A stretch of DNA of 45,144 bases from the NCBI GenBank assembly GCA_032718475.1, contig JAUCBJ010006678.1, positions 1 through 45,144 of the forward strand, in the 5' to 3' direction. Both the position numbers and the translations under genes were made by a program. The DNA is from Nemertoderma westbladi. Its lineage: Eukaryota > Animalia > Xenacoelomorpha. This document shows, in pieces, positions 18,830 to 30,645 of the stretch (positions are counted from its first letter, which is position 1; each line of letters begins with the position of its first letter). Under the pieces are notes generated by a model. It ran no database searches. It had not been told where the DNA came from and was given only the letters and a program-made list of their open reading frames with translations.

Positions 18830-20776
18830 TAAATCTGATATTTGTGTATCTTGAGTTAGTACTTGACAAATTGACTTGTAATCATTGTCAATGAGAATTT
18901 CTTTTTTTATGAACTCTAACGCACAATCTTGAGTTTCCAAATTATTCAAATCTTTCTTTAGAGCATTTAAGCTTGCGACCAATATCTGATTACTGAACTT
19001 ATTGTCAACCTCTAAGTCAGATATTTCAGCAACTGAAGGCTTGCTAACTGGAGCACGACTGAGTGCATCAGGAACACAATGTTCTTTGCCCCTTTTCCAT
19101 TCAACAGTAAATACATATGGTCCCAACTTCTCAATTATCCTCTGTAAGCGAGGGTTGTCAATCGCATCCAGACTCAAGCCATTACAAATTGATATCAAGG
19201 GTTTGTGGTCTGTTACCACTGTGAAACCGTGAAAACCCAACAAATATATACGACATTTATTTATAGCCCAATGTATCGCTAATAATTCTAGTTCACATAC
19301 CGCGTATCTGCTTTCAGTATCTGAAACAAATCTTGAGCCGCATTGAATTACCCGCCAGTTAGGTGATTGTGAGCAGCCATGGTCCTGCATCAGTGCAAAT
19401 CCTAGGCCATGTAGCCTGGAAGCATCCGTCCAAAGTGAAGTCCTCAATTTAGGATCAAAATGGGCTAAAATTGGCGGTAATGATAAAATCGTTTTGGTTT
19501 TATCAAAGGCTTCTTGGTGTTCAGGTAACCATTGCCAAACATATTTCGTTGAAAGCAGCTGCCTGAGTGGCATAGAGTTATGAGCTACATCGGGCACAAA
19601 TGAACCCAGCTGATTTACCAGCCCAAAAAATGATCTAAGATCTGTTACATTCGCTGGTATTGGAAATTTTGAAACTGCTTCTATTTTTGCTGGATCAGGG
19701 TATATGCCATTCTTGCTGATTTTAAATCCTGCAAACACCACTTCTTGACCAATTACAAATTTTTCTGGATTCATGGTAATTTGATGCTTGCTACAGCGTT
19801 CCAGAACATTATCAATAACATCAATGAGGCCATCTAGAGAATTGGAAAAACAAAGAACATCATCAACAATCTTTCGGACACCATCTACGCCTTCTAGGGC
19901 TCTATCACCACGTGCGCAATATTCATCACCTGAACTGCATAGTCCCATTGGTGCTCTCTTGTACATTTTCCTGCCCCAAGGGGTAATAAAAGTTGTCAAT
20001 TTTTGACTCTCATCATCCATCTCTATTTGCCAGTAGCCTTTTGTGGCATCTAATGTGGCAAACCAAGAGGCTGTTGGTGGTATTGATGAAGTGATATCAT
20101 TTGGTGATGGAAATGGGTGTACTGGCCTCTTTACTACCTTGTTAAGAGCCTTGTAGTCTACAACAAGGCGCACTCCCCCTTTTGGTTTCCCAACCACAAG
20201 AAATGGCGAACACCAATCAGTTGGCCCAATAACATTTTCAATGACACCCATTTTTTCCATGTAGTCCAACTCAGCCTTTGCTGATTCACGGTAAGCAAGA
20301 GGGATTTGGCGTGCTGTTATACACTGAATTGGCTTTGTATTACCAATATCTGTTAAATAGATATGCATGGCGGGCCCCTTCATAGCTTTGAAACTTGTTG
20401 TTGAATCGAAAACAGTTATGTACTTTTGTTTGAATTTCAACTTAAATAAATCAAGTTCATTTCTAGTAGGCATTCTAGTAGAATCAACTGGGAGTTTTTG
20501 AGCAGAAATAGAGAGTTTTTGTTCATTCTCAACATCAGTGTTACAAATAGTTGTTATCTGGCTTGCAAATTTAACCTTTTTAGATACATCATTTAGGCCT
20601 AACGACTTTTGAATAGTCATTGCATATTTAGTTTCTGGTCGCTTGAAGCCATATTTGCAAGCATCACTGTCTGAATAGGGGAAAGTCGGTGAGATAATAC
20701 CTAAATCAATGAGATTATGCCATGCTAAGAGGAGGTTATCCACATCAGGTGAAACATAAGCTGTAATTTCGGCCAC
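18830..20776 (-). pseudogene. pol: Gypsy pol: reverse transcriptase + RNase H (interrupted by BEL insertion)
   Basis: VRLVVDYKALN, LDATKGYWQI, PMGL, IVDD, TDASRLHGLG, ELELLA, TDHKPL, VPDALSR in ORF 18731..20776. The part left of 18830 reads into the BEL LTR. Confidence 0.95.
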
Positions 20777-20970
20777 ATGGTGAAGCCACTTAACATGAAT
20801 AATGGAAGCACCATAACATGCAAGTTCAGATTCTTAGCTGCAAAAATGCGCCTTTTATGCCTATTGTCTATTTTAATATTAAAATTATCAACAACAGAAG
20901 CTGGGATAATACACTCGGAAGCACCTGTATCAGGGAGAGCTTCTATAGTAAAGGACTGGGTTTTGGGGGG
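20777..20970 (-). pseudogene. Gypsy aspartic protease, frameshifted
   Basis: TQSFTIEALPDTGASECIIP reads in a shifted frame between gag and pol. Two apparently compensating indels (~20965 and ~20835), since gag and pol share a frame. Confidence 0.8.
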
Positions 20971-22222
20971 TCCAGACTGTCACTTCGCATAGAGGAGTAG
21001 ATCTACCATAATGTGTAGATGCATGACTAACACAAATATAGTTATTTTTTATATTTGATTTAGAATCCATGGAAGAGTTATCAATGTCAGGGTCATTGTC
21101 ATCCCTTTTTTTTATTAGACATACAGACTTGAAATGTCCGATGAGTCCACAATAAACACATTGCTTACCTTTAGCCGGACAGAACGACCTTGCATGCGGA
21201 TTAAGACCACAAAAAAAACATTTTCTGTTTGGTGTAGTTCTGGGAACTTGTAATCGATCACGTGATTGTGAACGGGTTCTTTCATATTGGTTTTGCTGCT
21301 TATTGCGTCTGTATGAAGACATTCTAGCTGAATAACAAGAACCAGTTTCGTCACTATAGTTACTAGCATTACTCGTACTATATAATTTATTACACCAACC
21401 TTGGTCGTTCTCGTTATTATTTCCTAAGGCTTTTTGGTTCGCTGCAGCTGTCTCCCATGCAAGACATTTTGCTTTAATATCAGATAAACTTTGACTTGAC
21501 ATCCTTAACAGTTCACGTTGCAGTTCACGGTCTTCCACAGCAAGAACAATTCTTGTAGCTAGTTGGTCATCGTATGTGATGTTTTCGAGTTCCGCATTCC
21601 CTCCCAGTAACTTTAGGCGAACAAAGAAATCGGAAAACCGTTCACCATATTTCTGTGCGCATTTGTGGAAATTGAAGCGGCGTGTCATGACGGACAGAGT
21701 TTCTGCCAAATATTTCTGAATAGTGTCTAGTACTTCGTCTACCGGAACTGCAGGACCAACGTCAAGAAGTAGCTCCAATGTTTGAACTACCTTTGAGCTT
21801 AAGCAACCGCGGAGATACGCTCGCTGCTCACGTTGACTAAACCTAGACATGTTGTTCGATGAAAAATAATCTTTGAAGCATGTACGCCAAACAATAAAAT
21901 CCGAAAGGCTCGTATCGGACTGAAGCTCTGAAGGTTTTAAGGCCATATTAATCCGCTGCGTTTGATTTGTGGCCGCAGAAGGGTATGACTGTTCTACAGA
22001 TCGCTGGTTTTGTTCCGAAATCCGTCGGATGCGTCGAATTTTCGCTTCTAGTTTCTGGACATTATCCTCCATAACCTCAAAGGATGAATAATGAGTTTCT
22101 TGATCGGCTTGATCGGCTGGGATGTTCTCCAATTCATGACATAATAAAATTGAGGAACGATATTTAGCTAAAGACCTTTCAACGATTTGTAAAAATTCCT
22201 CAGCATCTCTAATATTCTCCAT
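20930..22222 (-). CDS. gag: Gypsy Gag (Mag-like, two CCHC knuckles)
   Basis: RRFNFHKCAQKYGERFSDFFVRL major-homology-like region; CFFCG..H....C-PAKGKQ-CVYCGLIGHFKSVC. Confidence 0.9.
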   Translation of the reverse strand: MENIRDAEEFLQIVERSLAKYRSSILLCHELENIPADQADQETHYSSFEVMEDNVQKLEAKIRRIRRISEQNQRSVEQSYPSAATNQTQRINMALKPSELQSDTSLSDFIVWRTCFKDYFSSNNMSRFSQREQRAYLRGCLSSKVVQTLELLLDVGPAVPVDEVLDTIQKYLAETLSVMTRRFNFHKCAQKYGERFSDFFVRLKLLGGNAELENITYDDQLATRIVLAVEDRELQRELLRMSSQSLSDIKAKCLAWETAAANQKALGNNNENDQGWCNKLYSTSNASNYSDETGSCYSARMSSYRRNKQQNQYERTRSQSRDRLQVPRTTPNRKCFFCGLNPHARSFCPAKGKQCVYCGLIGHFKSVCLIKKRDDNDPDIDNSSMDSKSNIKNNYICVSHASTHYGRSTPLCEVTVWTPQNPVLYYRSSP

Positions 22223-22528
22223 TTCAGCGGGTATACCTCCGGAAGCGGGAAGTTGATCAACGCTATTTGTTAGTTGAGCAACATCGCGTTCTGCTTTGTA
22301 GGCATATTGACCCCGACTTCTGCGTGCAGTGCTAATTAATGTTAGGTTCTTTGCCGGTAGACTCCATACCGGTACGGTTGCAGTATGCAGGTATGGGAAG
22401 TAGGCCTACCTTACCAAAGTAAGCCTACCCTTCTATTACAGTATTATTCTTGATCCAGGATTAATTACCGCCGCCGTATATTAACGGGATTTACGATTTA
22501 GCAGTTTAAGGTTAGGACTGTAGGACTA

Positions 22529-22540
22529 CTCGCAGCGCCA
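22529..22540 (-). other. primer-binding site, tRNA-Ser-like (TGGCGCTGCGAG)
   Basis: Starts 2 nt inside the LTR boundary; TGG complementary to tRNA CCA. Confidence 0.75.
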
Positions 22541-22542
22541 TA

Positions 22543-22815
22543 TGATATATTATTGAATCAGAATAAATGAGTAAGATAATAGTAAACCCGTTTATTATTA
22601 GAGGGTACGGTAGTCAGCGTACTGCAGTTATACAGCAGTACAACTGCATTGCAGTACTGCATGTACCAGTAAGTAGATTGCAGTTAATATACTGGTAAGT
22701 ACAGCAGTACTGTAATACGAAAAAGACTGATATTACTAGATACTGTAGATAGATATGACCCTTCACCAAACAAGGCTACAGTACATAACAAAAGCATATC
22801 ATATAATATATAACA
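22543..22815 (-). repeat. Gypsy 5' LTR (273 bp)
   Basis: TGTTAT...ATATCA on the minus strand, adjacent to the PBS; partner LTR not in window. Confidence 0.75.
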
Positions 22816-23175
22816 TATGGGCAGTTTGGTATGGCAATGTTTAAACTTTCAAGGCAATTTTCTCGGAAAGTAATTTTTCACGCAAACAAACACTACTCCT
22901 CTGCCATTTAACCTGTTTTTTTGTAATTTTCGCTTCATATGAGTGTATGACAGGTAATTTAATAAACTTCGACAAATTTCGGTCAGTTTTTTTATTTCAT
23001 AATATTTCCCCGTTCCCAAGTTATTTTGTTTATGCAACCACTTTCGAGTTATTTACTGTACAAATTAAAAACCGCAGCGGGGGGGGGGGGGGGGGGTTCC
23101 GCCCCCCCCCCCCCCCCCCCCCCACAATTTATGCATAAATTTATACAATGCAAAAACACCGCAACTACAGTACAG

Positions 23176-23445
23176 ACTTACGGTGTTTTGTCATTGTGAC
23201 ATTTGTTTTGTCATTGTGACATTTGTTTTGTCATTGTGACATTTGTTTTGTCATTGTGACATTTGTTTTGTTATTGTGATATTTGTTTTGTCATTGTGAC
23301 ATTTGTTTTGTCATTGTGACATTTGTTTTGTCATTGTGACATTTGTTTTGTCATTGTGACATTTGTTTTGTCATTGTGACATTTGTTTTTGCATTGTATC
23401 TAATATATTTACATGCAGGTTGTACAATGCAAAAAGACCGTAAGT
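23176..23445. repeat. 20-bp tandem array (ttttgtcattgtgacatttg, ~10 copies) within short inverted ends (MITE-like)
   Basis: acttacggtgttttgtcattgt ... acaatgcaaaaagaccgtaagt are near reverse complements; no clean TSD. Confidence 0.7.
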
Positions 23446-23837
23446 ACAAAAAATAACGCTGAAGTCAAAATATTAATTGAAAGCAGAAATAATCACGTAG
23501 AAAAATTTCCCAGAATAATTTACAACAGCATTTTTTGAATTTTGATTGGATAATTACTTTTTGTCCGCATATTTGTAGATAAAATTACTTTTCTTAATTG
23601 TGATGTTTATTCTAGCTAGAATATGTTCATGAATAATGTTCTTATTGTTCTAGCGTTAGCTATTTATTAATATAATATAATTACTATTCTAGAACGATAA
23701 TACTTTTATATTATAAATTTTTTTTTTTTTATAATATAAACTTTTGTATTATTTATTATAATATATTTTTTGCGCGAATCGTTTACATAATATTGTCAGT
23801 TACAGTCGATCAAAATTTGTATTTGTTAAATTCCAGA

Positions 23838-24629
23838 TCATTTAAACGAGGTAATTGGATCATTCGCCCCTGTTGTTGTTTCTACCAATGCCTGCCGTGT
23901 AGCTATCAACAGTAAACTTGTTGGAGCTATGGGACTGGATATTGTTCGTATTCAGGCAGTAATGACTGGCGGACCTCCAGGCATCATGAAATACATACGC
24001 GATGACCAATGTGATGGCCTTCCACCTTTGTTAGATATTTTCCTCGACATGCCAGTTATGGTCAGTTCTAACGTTGCGGTGGAACTTGGCGTAGCTAACG
24101 GAACTTTGGCGTTCGTCAGAGGAGTTCAGTTTCCCCATGGTACCACATTTTCCGATGAACTGTATGCTCCCGGACTGCCGGACATCTCAAGATGGTGAAG
24201 CGCGCATCCAGTCTACCTGACTTTGTTATTCTGGAACCCATGTTTACCAAGTGCCCTATTTCATTTCCAAACACCCCTGATGGTTATTTCCCACTGTCAC
24301 CAATCGTCATTAAGGGTATATCGATTAAACTTGGACAACACCTACAATTCCGCATAACGAATATCCGTCAGATACCCATGTCTCCAGCGTATTCGTTAAC
24401 TGTATACAAAGTCCAAGGTCTGACACTTATTGTCCTAATCATTGGGCAATGGAATGCGGAGCGCTTCAGTGGCTTTAACGGCCAAGGATCCTATGTGGGG
24501 TTCTCTAGAGTTCGCTTAAAGAAGGGGCTGTACTTACTATTCCCGATCGATGAAACCATCCGGCGCCGGTGTAAGCCCACGGCCAAACAGTTGGCTGAAA
24601 TTGTTTGGATAAAATCCGTGGCCGGGTAG
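23838..24629 (+). pseudogene. PIF1-family (Helitron/Helentron-type) helicase C-terminal fragment, frameshifted
   Basis: MPVMVSSNVAVELGVANGT, QIPMSPAYSLTVYKVQGLTL (motif V), YVGFSRVR (motif VI); possible acceptor ttccag at ~23837. Confidence 0.82.
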
Positions 24630-24630
24630 T

Positions 24631-26945
24631 TATGGCATACATTTGGTGTTTTTATTCGTTAATATTTTCACCTCAAAAAAGCGATTTTTTACACATAATA
24701 AATGATTTTTTACATGTAATAAATGATTTTTTACGTGTAAAAAAATATTTTTTTACGTGTAAATAAACGATTTTTTTATGTGTAATAAATTATTTTTTTA
24801 CGCGTAATAAATTATTTTTTTACGCGTAATAAATTATTTTTTTACGCGTAATAAATTATTTATTTATGCGTAATAAATTATTTTTTTACGCGTAATAAAT
24901 TATTTATTTACGCGTAATAAATGATTTTTTACGCGTAATAAATGATTTTTTTACACGTAATAAATTATTTCTTTACGCGTAATAAATGATTTTTTTACGC
25001 GTAATAAATGATTTTTTTACGCGTAATAAATGATTTTTTTACGCGTAATAAATGATTTTTTTACGCGTAATAAATAATTTTTTACGCGTAATAAATTATT
25101 TTTTCACGCGTAATAAATTCATTTTAACTTAGTATTCTTCTTGACCACCATATTGACAATCTCAAGAAATAGTACTGTCTGTGTTAAATGCTATATAGCG
25201 GCTTACCAATGGATGAACAACTCCAATAAGTTGGTCACCATGCCTTATTATTAAATAAAAAAGTTTACCGAGAACAGAAAACGAACCATTAGCTACATTC
25301 GATATATCTGCGGCAGATGGTACAATATGGTCTTCAATTACCAGAAACATAGAGGACGTTACTACATTGCTGATAAACGATCCAAAAAGATCACGCCGCA
25401 ATCCGCCTTGGTCACATCCTGGCTCCCCTGAAAATGTTACCAAAATCCCTTGGGTTGGATCTAACTTTGGGACGGCCTTTAGCAAATCTTGAACTAACAC
25501 CCGCCTCCGTATTCGAACTTTCTGAAAATCGTCAGGATCAGTAAACACGTCCAAAGTGTCATCATAGATGTAGCTAAATTGAATAGCCGAAATATTATCC
25601 AATTCCTGATTACTTAGACGCGATAGACTTAAGTCAGCCCAAAACTCGCGGGAACAGTCATTAGCATTAGCAAGTTCTGCTGGTGCTGCAGGTACATTGG
25701 CATTTTCGTCCTCACTATCCGAAATTACAAAATACATCATCGAACGTGTTATTAAGAACTGTACTACTAGAATTTAGAGCTGCTCTATCCCTTAAGACAA
25801 CATTCAAAGGTACAGGAGCAGCATCAGACTCAAAGACACATTCTGGATCACCGTCCGAAACTTGGTGATTTGAATCATCTGTTCGATTTTCCATTGTAGG
25901 AATTTGTACATAAATGTTTCTGGAACCTGGGTAAAGGCTACTTAAAACTTTCCCATAAAATTTAAAATCATTTTCTACGGATATCGGTTGAACAATCTTG
26001 CTAACGACCTTAACAAATTTGAAATTTGCATTACATGCTGGATACGCCTCTAAACAAGCGACGACCTTTGATTTGATGACTGCATCACTGTCGTGTTTTT
26101 CGAAAGACAGCACAGAATGTTTTATTGTGGAGTCTTTTCTTAGAGTCCGTAGTTCTCCAGGATTGAACTCTCGAATTACGATCAACGGCTTACTGTAGCT
26201 TATAATTTGAGGCCGACCCCTCGGCGATCTAAGGCCTAATGATATAACTCCTAATGACATTCCGATTCTGACTACGAACTGTAGGAATACTAGTACCCGC
26301 TATGCCAATAGATCGGCCACTCATACCTGACAAGGTTTGAAAGGGTCTATTTGCCGCTGGAGAATAAGGAGCAAATGCATTCTGAAGCTCACGCAACAAC
26401 CCTCGCCTATTGATTGATGGTTCCGCTTCCACTGTCACAGAATCTCTCAGGTTGGTGTTGATGTTGGTGGTTGTTTGTCCACAAGAAGAACAATATCTAT
26501 CCTGCGGCTTAAGGACAAAACCACATTCACAAATGAAGGTTTGGGTTGATTCATGGAATTATGCATTTTGGGGTTTAAACAAAATAAACATTATTTTATA
26601 TTTAAATGTCCCTCGAGAAGAATTATATTCTAGAATAATGGCAAAATAACCAATAGAATACCAAGTAAAAAATATTTTATTACGCGTAAAAAAATCATTT
26701 ATTACGCGTAAAAAAATAATTTATTACGCGTAAAAAAATATTTTATTACGCATAAAAAAATCATTTATTACGCGTAAAAAAATAATTTATTACGCGTAAA
26801 AAAACAATTTATTACGCATAAAAAAATAGTTTATTTACACGTAAAAAAATATTTTTTTACACGTAAAAAATCATTTATTATGTGTAAAAAATTGCTTTTT
26901 TGAGGTGAAAATATTAACGAATAAAAACATGAAATGTATGCCATA
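24631..26945. mobile_element. non-autonomous TIR DNA transposon, IS3EU-like (TATGG...CCATA, 6-bp TSD)
   Basis: Long TIRs tatggcatacattt..tgtttttattcgttaatattttcacctcaaaaaagc. TSD GGTAGT at 24625-24630 and 26946-26951. Inverted subterminal arrays of a ~21-bp ttttACGCGTaataaat unit. Confidence 0.88.
25162..26560 (-). pseudogene. zinc-ribbon + HECT-type E3 ubiquitin ligase (G2E3-like) remnant, frameshifted and C-terminally truncated
   Basis: ICECGFVLKPQDRYCSSCG at ~26480-26535; HECT N-lobe signature IRRR..V.D..ILVTFSGEPGCDQGGLRRDLF in ORF 25162..25740. Confidence 0.72.
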
Positions 26946-27189
26946 GGTAGTTACCCAACGAGTTCCTGCTATAACATGGATCCAAAGGGGCTGTCTCAGT
27001 GATTCTATTATGCGTTACCATGGAAACAAGCATACTGTCCGAAATCAAACTGGCTGCCGGATAATAGTAAGTCAGAAACTTCAACATGGGAATGGGAATT
27101 TCATGGGATTGGCTGTAGGGGAGTAGGGGAGGCCAAATCCTAATTATTATATTTATTTTAAGTAACGTTATTCTTACGAATTGCGACAT

Positions 27190-27297
27190 ATTATTGTGGG
27201 GCGAGCCACGAAGTTGGCGGAGCCTTAGCGAATTGACACTGTTAGGAGGTGGGTCAATTTATGCAAATAGTTGTCGTCGTCGTCGTCGTCGTCGTTG

Positions 27298-27329
<32 letters not shown>

Positions 27330-28522
27330 GTCGTTACGATTTTGACATGCTAATAACTTTGTCGGATTTAAAGCTGCCAAGTTGAAAATTTGTAGGTATC
27401 AATATGAGCAAAAGTTGAGATTTTTGAGAGACTTTCAGACACCATCAGTGCAATGGTCTCCCGCTAGAGGGCCACATGTCTAAACATTAAATGCCCTCCC
27501 ATTTCTTTGCTTTTAATCCGTTTAAGCTGAAACTTGGCAGATATGTATTAGACCATTAGCTGTGACTTTCAAAGGAGGCGAATCCATCTGCAGTTCTCCA
27601 GTCTGCCGCTAGAGGGCCAAAGGTCTGAAAGTGAAATCGTTGTCGTCGTTACGATTTTGACATGCTAATAACTTTGTCGGATTTAAAGCTGCCAAGTTGA
27701 AAATTTGTAGGTATCAATATGAGCAAAAGTTGAGATTTTTGAGAGACTTTCAGACACCATCAGTGCAATGGTCTCCCGCTAGAGGGCCACATGTCTAAAC
27801 ATTAAATGGCCACCCATTTCTTTGCTTTTAATCCGTTTAAGCTGAAACTTGGGAAGTATGTACTAGACCATTAGCTGTAAATTTCAAAGGAGGCTAATCT
27901 GTCTGCAGTTCTCCAGTCTGCCGCTAGAGGGCGAAATGTCCCGAATGTGAAATTATTCTTCCATTTAGTTATTTATGATCTGATCCACCTGAAACTTGTC
28001 ATATATGTACTAGAAGACATCCTAAGTCTTTGTGTGGACAGTAATCGGTCCGGAGTTTTCGAGTCTGCTGCTAGAGGGCGAAATGTAGGAAAGTGATAAC
28101 CTTCGCGAATTCCTTGATCTTAATCTATTTAAGCTGAATTTTGGAATATACAGTACCGGTATGTACTAGACCACATGCCTCGTCTTTGTGAGGAAGGTGA
28201 TCGATCCGTAGTTCTTTAATATGCCGCTAGAGGGCTAAATGTATGAAAGTGAAAACCTTCCAACATTTCGTTATTTATGATCCGTCAATCGGAAACTTGG
28301 TAGATATGTAATAGACCATAGGCTGTGGCTTTGTAGGGAAACTAATCCTTCCTTCTTCAGTTACCCAGTCTCCCGCTAGAGGGTTAACGTTTTCCGGGAA
28401 AATCTTCTCCTATGTTTTTATAATCCTTTCGAGTTGATACTTAGCATTAACTCATTTCACGTGCTGCGCGAAGGCCCCACTTCGTGTATATGGCATATAT
28501 ATTGCCACGTGTATATATGGCC
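27190..28522 (+). mobile_element. DINE-1/Helentron-like non-autonomous element with (GTC)n and ~150-bp central tandem repeats
   Basis: TTATT start, subterminal inverted gtggggc/gccccac, (GTC)n at 27270-27335, seven repeat units, terminal hairpin tggca-tatatat-tgcca. Confidence 0.65.
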
Positions 28523-29847
28523 TAATATAATATGTGTCGTATTTGTAAGTTTTGATATTATTTTGGTGCAATTACAGTTGTAGTTCACTCGTTGTCGTGC
28601 CGGGACAAGGCTGTGAATGTGAAAATTATCTCACGTTTATATGAATGATACCACCCACAACGAACTGATACAACTCAATGTTAGTATAATTTTAAGGAAT
28701 CATAATTTGTGTAAACAGAAGTAACAAAAAAATGTTTAGACGCCCTAGCATTGTTAAATTAGCTTTTCGAAGGTTAAATTTTCAGAAATTGAATGCAAAT
28801 AATTAAATGGTAATAAACAATCGCACAAATAAATAATTTAAATTAAATTATTATTTTCTGTATGTTTGCAATTTCCGATTAGATTAACTCAATTCTGATT
28901 AAATTAATTATAAGTTAAAATGTTAGGAATGCAAAATATGTGGACATCTTCATTCATGTTAAGTGGGTTTGAGACGATTCATTTGATGGTATTTGTGTTG
29001 ATTATCATTATCGTTTCAATGTGCAGTTTGGCGTACACAGAACTCGAGCTGATGTTATAATTAAAGTGCATGGGTCTCGGCCCTTGCATAGGCATGGTTG
29101 GAAGCCAGTCCTCACCCAACCGAGCTTCCTTGGATTCTGTGTGCCCTGATTTCACTGTGGCGGAGAGGGTGGTACCTCTGGCCATGGCAGTCGGTTTTCC
29201 GTTTGGGGACCTACTGTTATTGGTTGGCTTAAGTTTGACCTCGAGCCGTATTTTGGTTCGATTTATTGATGCTTGGCCCCGATTGTGATCAAAGGAGTGA
29301 CGTCAACCGGAAGCTCCTCCTATTGGTGACCTTTAGGATAAGTTAACGTGTCGTATGGATATACGATATCGTATTCAATGGCTTTGTGAGGCCCATTGAA
29401 CCCTAATGGTTACTTAGTGGAAACTTTGATCTCCCACATTGTGAACAAAAGCCCACTCAGCTTTCAAAACATGAGTACGGGTATTTCTCCCTGTATATTG
29501 TGCATAATTAATTAATTGTGTGTATTTATTTTCTACATTTATTTTTATATGATAATATAATAATATTGATTTGTGTCTGTAATAATAATTATTCGCGTAT
29601 ATTTGTATATTATGATATTATTTTACTGGATTACTGGACCTCTATTTTAATAAATCTAGCGATAAATTCCGGTTAAATGAATTATATTGCAATTAATGCA
29701 ATTGGAGATGATTTGCATATTAATTCTGTGGGTCCAAGCGAGGGCAGTAGTGGAGTGGGGCGAACCACGAAGTTATCAAGCTTAGAAAAGAGATGCACTA
29801 TTGAAACCTTGTTTCTGTCTGTCAGTCTCAAATCACCTTAACATCAA

Positions 29848-30500
29848 GTTAGATCCTGGAAGCGAACTTAGTTCCTGGAAGTGTGTGAAATTAGATCCTA
29901 GATCCAAACTTAGATCCTGGAAGCGAACTTAGATCCTAGATACGAACTTAGATCCGAAAGCAACGTGAACATAGACCCTAGATGTGAACTTAGGTCCTAG
30001 ATACGAACTTAGATCCGAAAGCAACGTGAACATAGATCCTAGATATGAACTTAGATCCTGGAAGCGAACTTACCTAGATCGGAACTTAGATGGTGGAAGC
30101 GAACTTAGATCCTGCATATGAACTTAGATCCTGGAAGCGAACTTAGATCCTAGATACGAACTTAGATCCGAAAGCAACGTGAACATAGACCCTAGATGTG
30201 AACTTAGATCCTGGAAGCGAACTTAGATCCTAGATATTAACTTCCTGAATGCAAACTTAGATCCTAGATTTGAACTTAGATCCTGGAAGCGAACTTAGAT
30301 CCTAAACACGAACTTAGATCCTAAACACGAACTTAGATCCTAGAGGAGAACTTAGATCCTGGAAGCAAACTTAGATCCTAAATATCAACTTAGATCCGAA
30401 AGGAACATGAACACAGATCCTAGATATGAACTTAGAACCTGGCAGCGAACTTAGATCCTAAACACGAATTTAGATCCTTGATGTAAACTTAGATCCTAGA
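29848..30500 (+). repeat. ~19-bp minisatellite (gaacttagatcctggaagc / gaacttagatcctagatac)
   Basis: About 30 degenerate copies of the GAACTTAGATCC core. Confidence 0.92.
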
Positions 30501-30502
30501 AG

Positions 30503-30645
30503 TGTCATGGGTGATAGGGAGTTGTGGCGGCGCAATTTTGTCGACAAGCCGGTACAGCATTCTTAAAAATGCAGCTGCAATGCAGCGTGCCGATCCTATA
30601 GTAGTAGTAGTAGTAGTAGTAGGCCTAGTAGTAGGCCTAGTAGTA
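30503..30645 (+). mobile_element. ~100-bp 3' end of the RTE-like LINE with (GTA)n tail
   Basis: Near-exact reverse complement of 37494-37592, followed by gtagtagta... Confidence 0.88.

Larger units (their letters stand above)
3968..22815 (-). mobile_element. Ty3/Gypsy LTR retrotransposon (Mag-like), interrupted by the BEL/Pao insertion and 3'-truncated at 3967
   Basis: 5' LTR 22543-22815, tRNA-Ser-like PBS, gag with twin CCHC knuckles, PR-RT-RH-IN order. Removing 4630-18829 restores the pol frame (...SDLP-MQHPARVYG...). Confidence 0.92.

Noticed and set aside
20955-20975. programmed frameshift at C6A4 in the Mag-like element
   Set aside because: Shift is +1 and is compensated ~130 nt later; gag and pol share a frame, so these are mutations or sequencing indels.
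23186-23397. CRISPR-like arrays (also 24700-25120 and 29848-30500)
   Set aside because: Head-to-tail minisatellites with no unique spacers.
28979-29288. short ORFs on both strands as a host exon
   Set aside because: No recognisable domain or convincing splice context.
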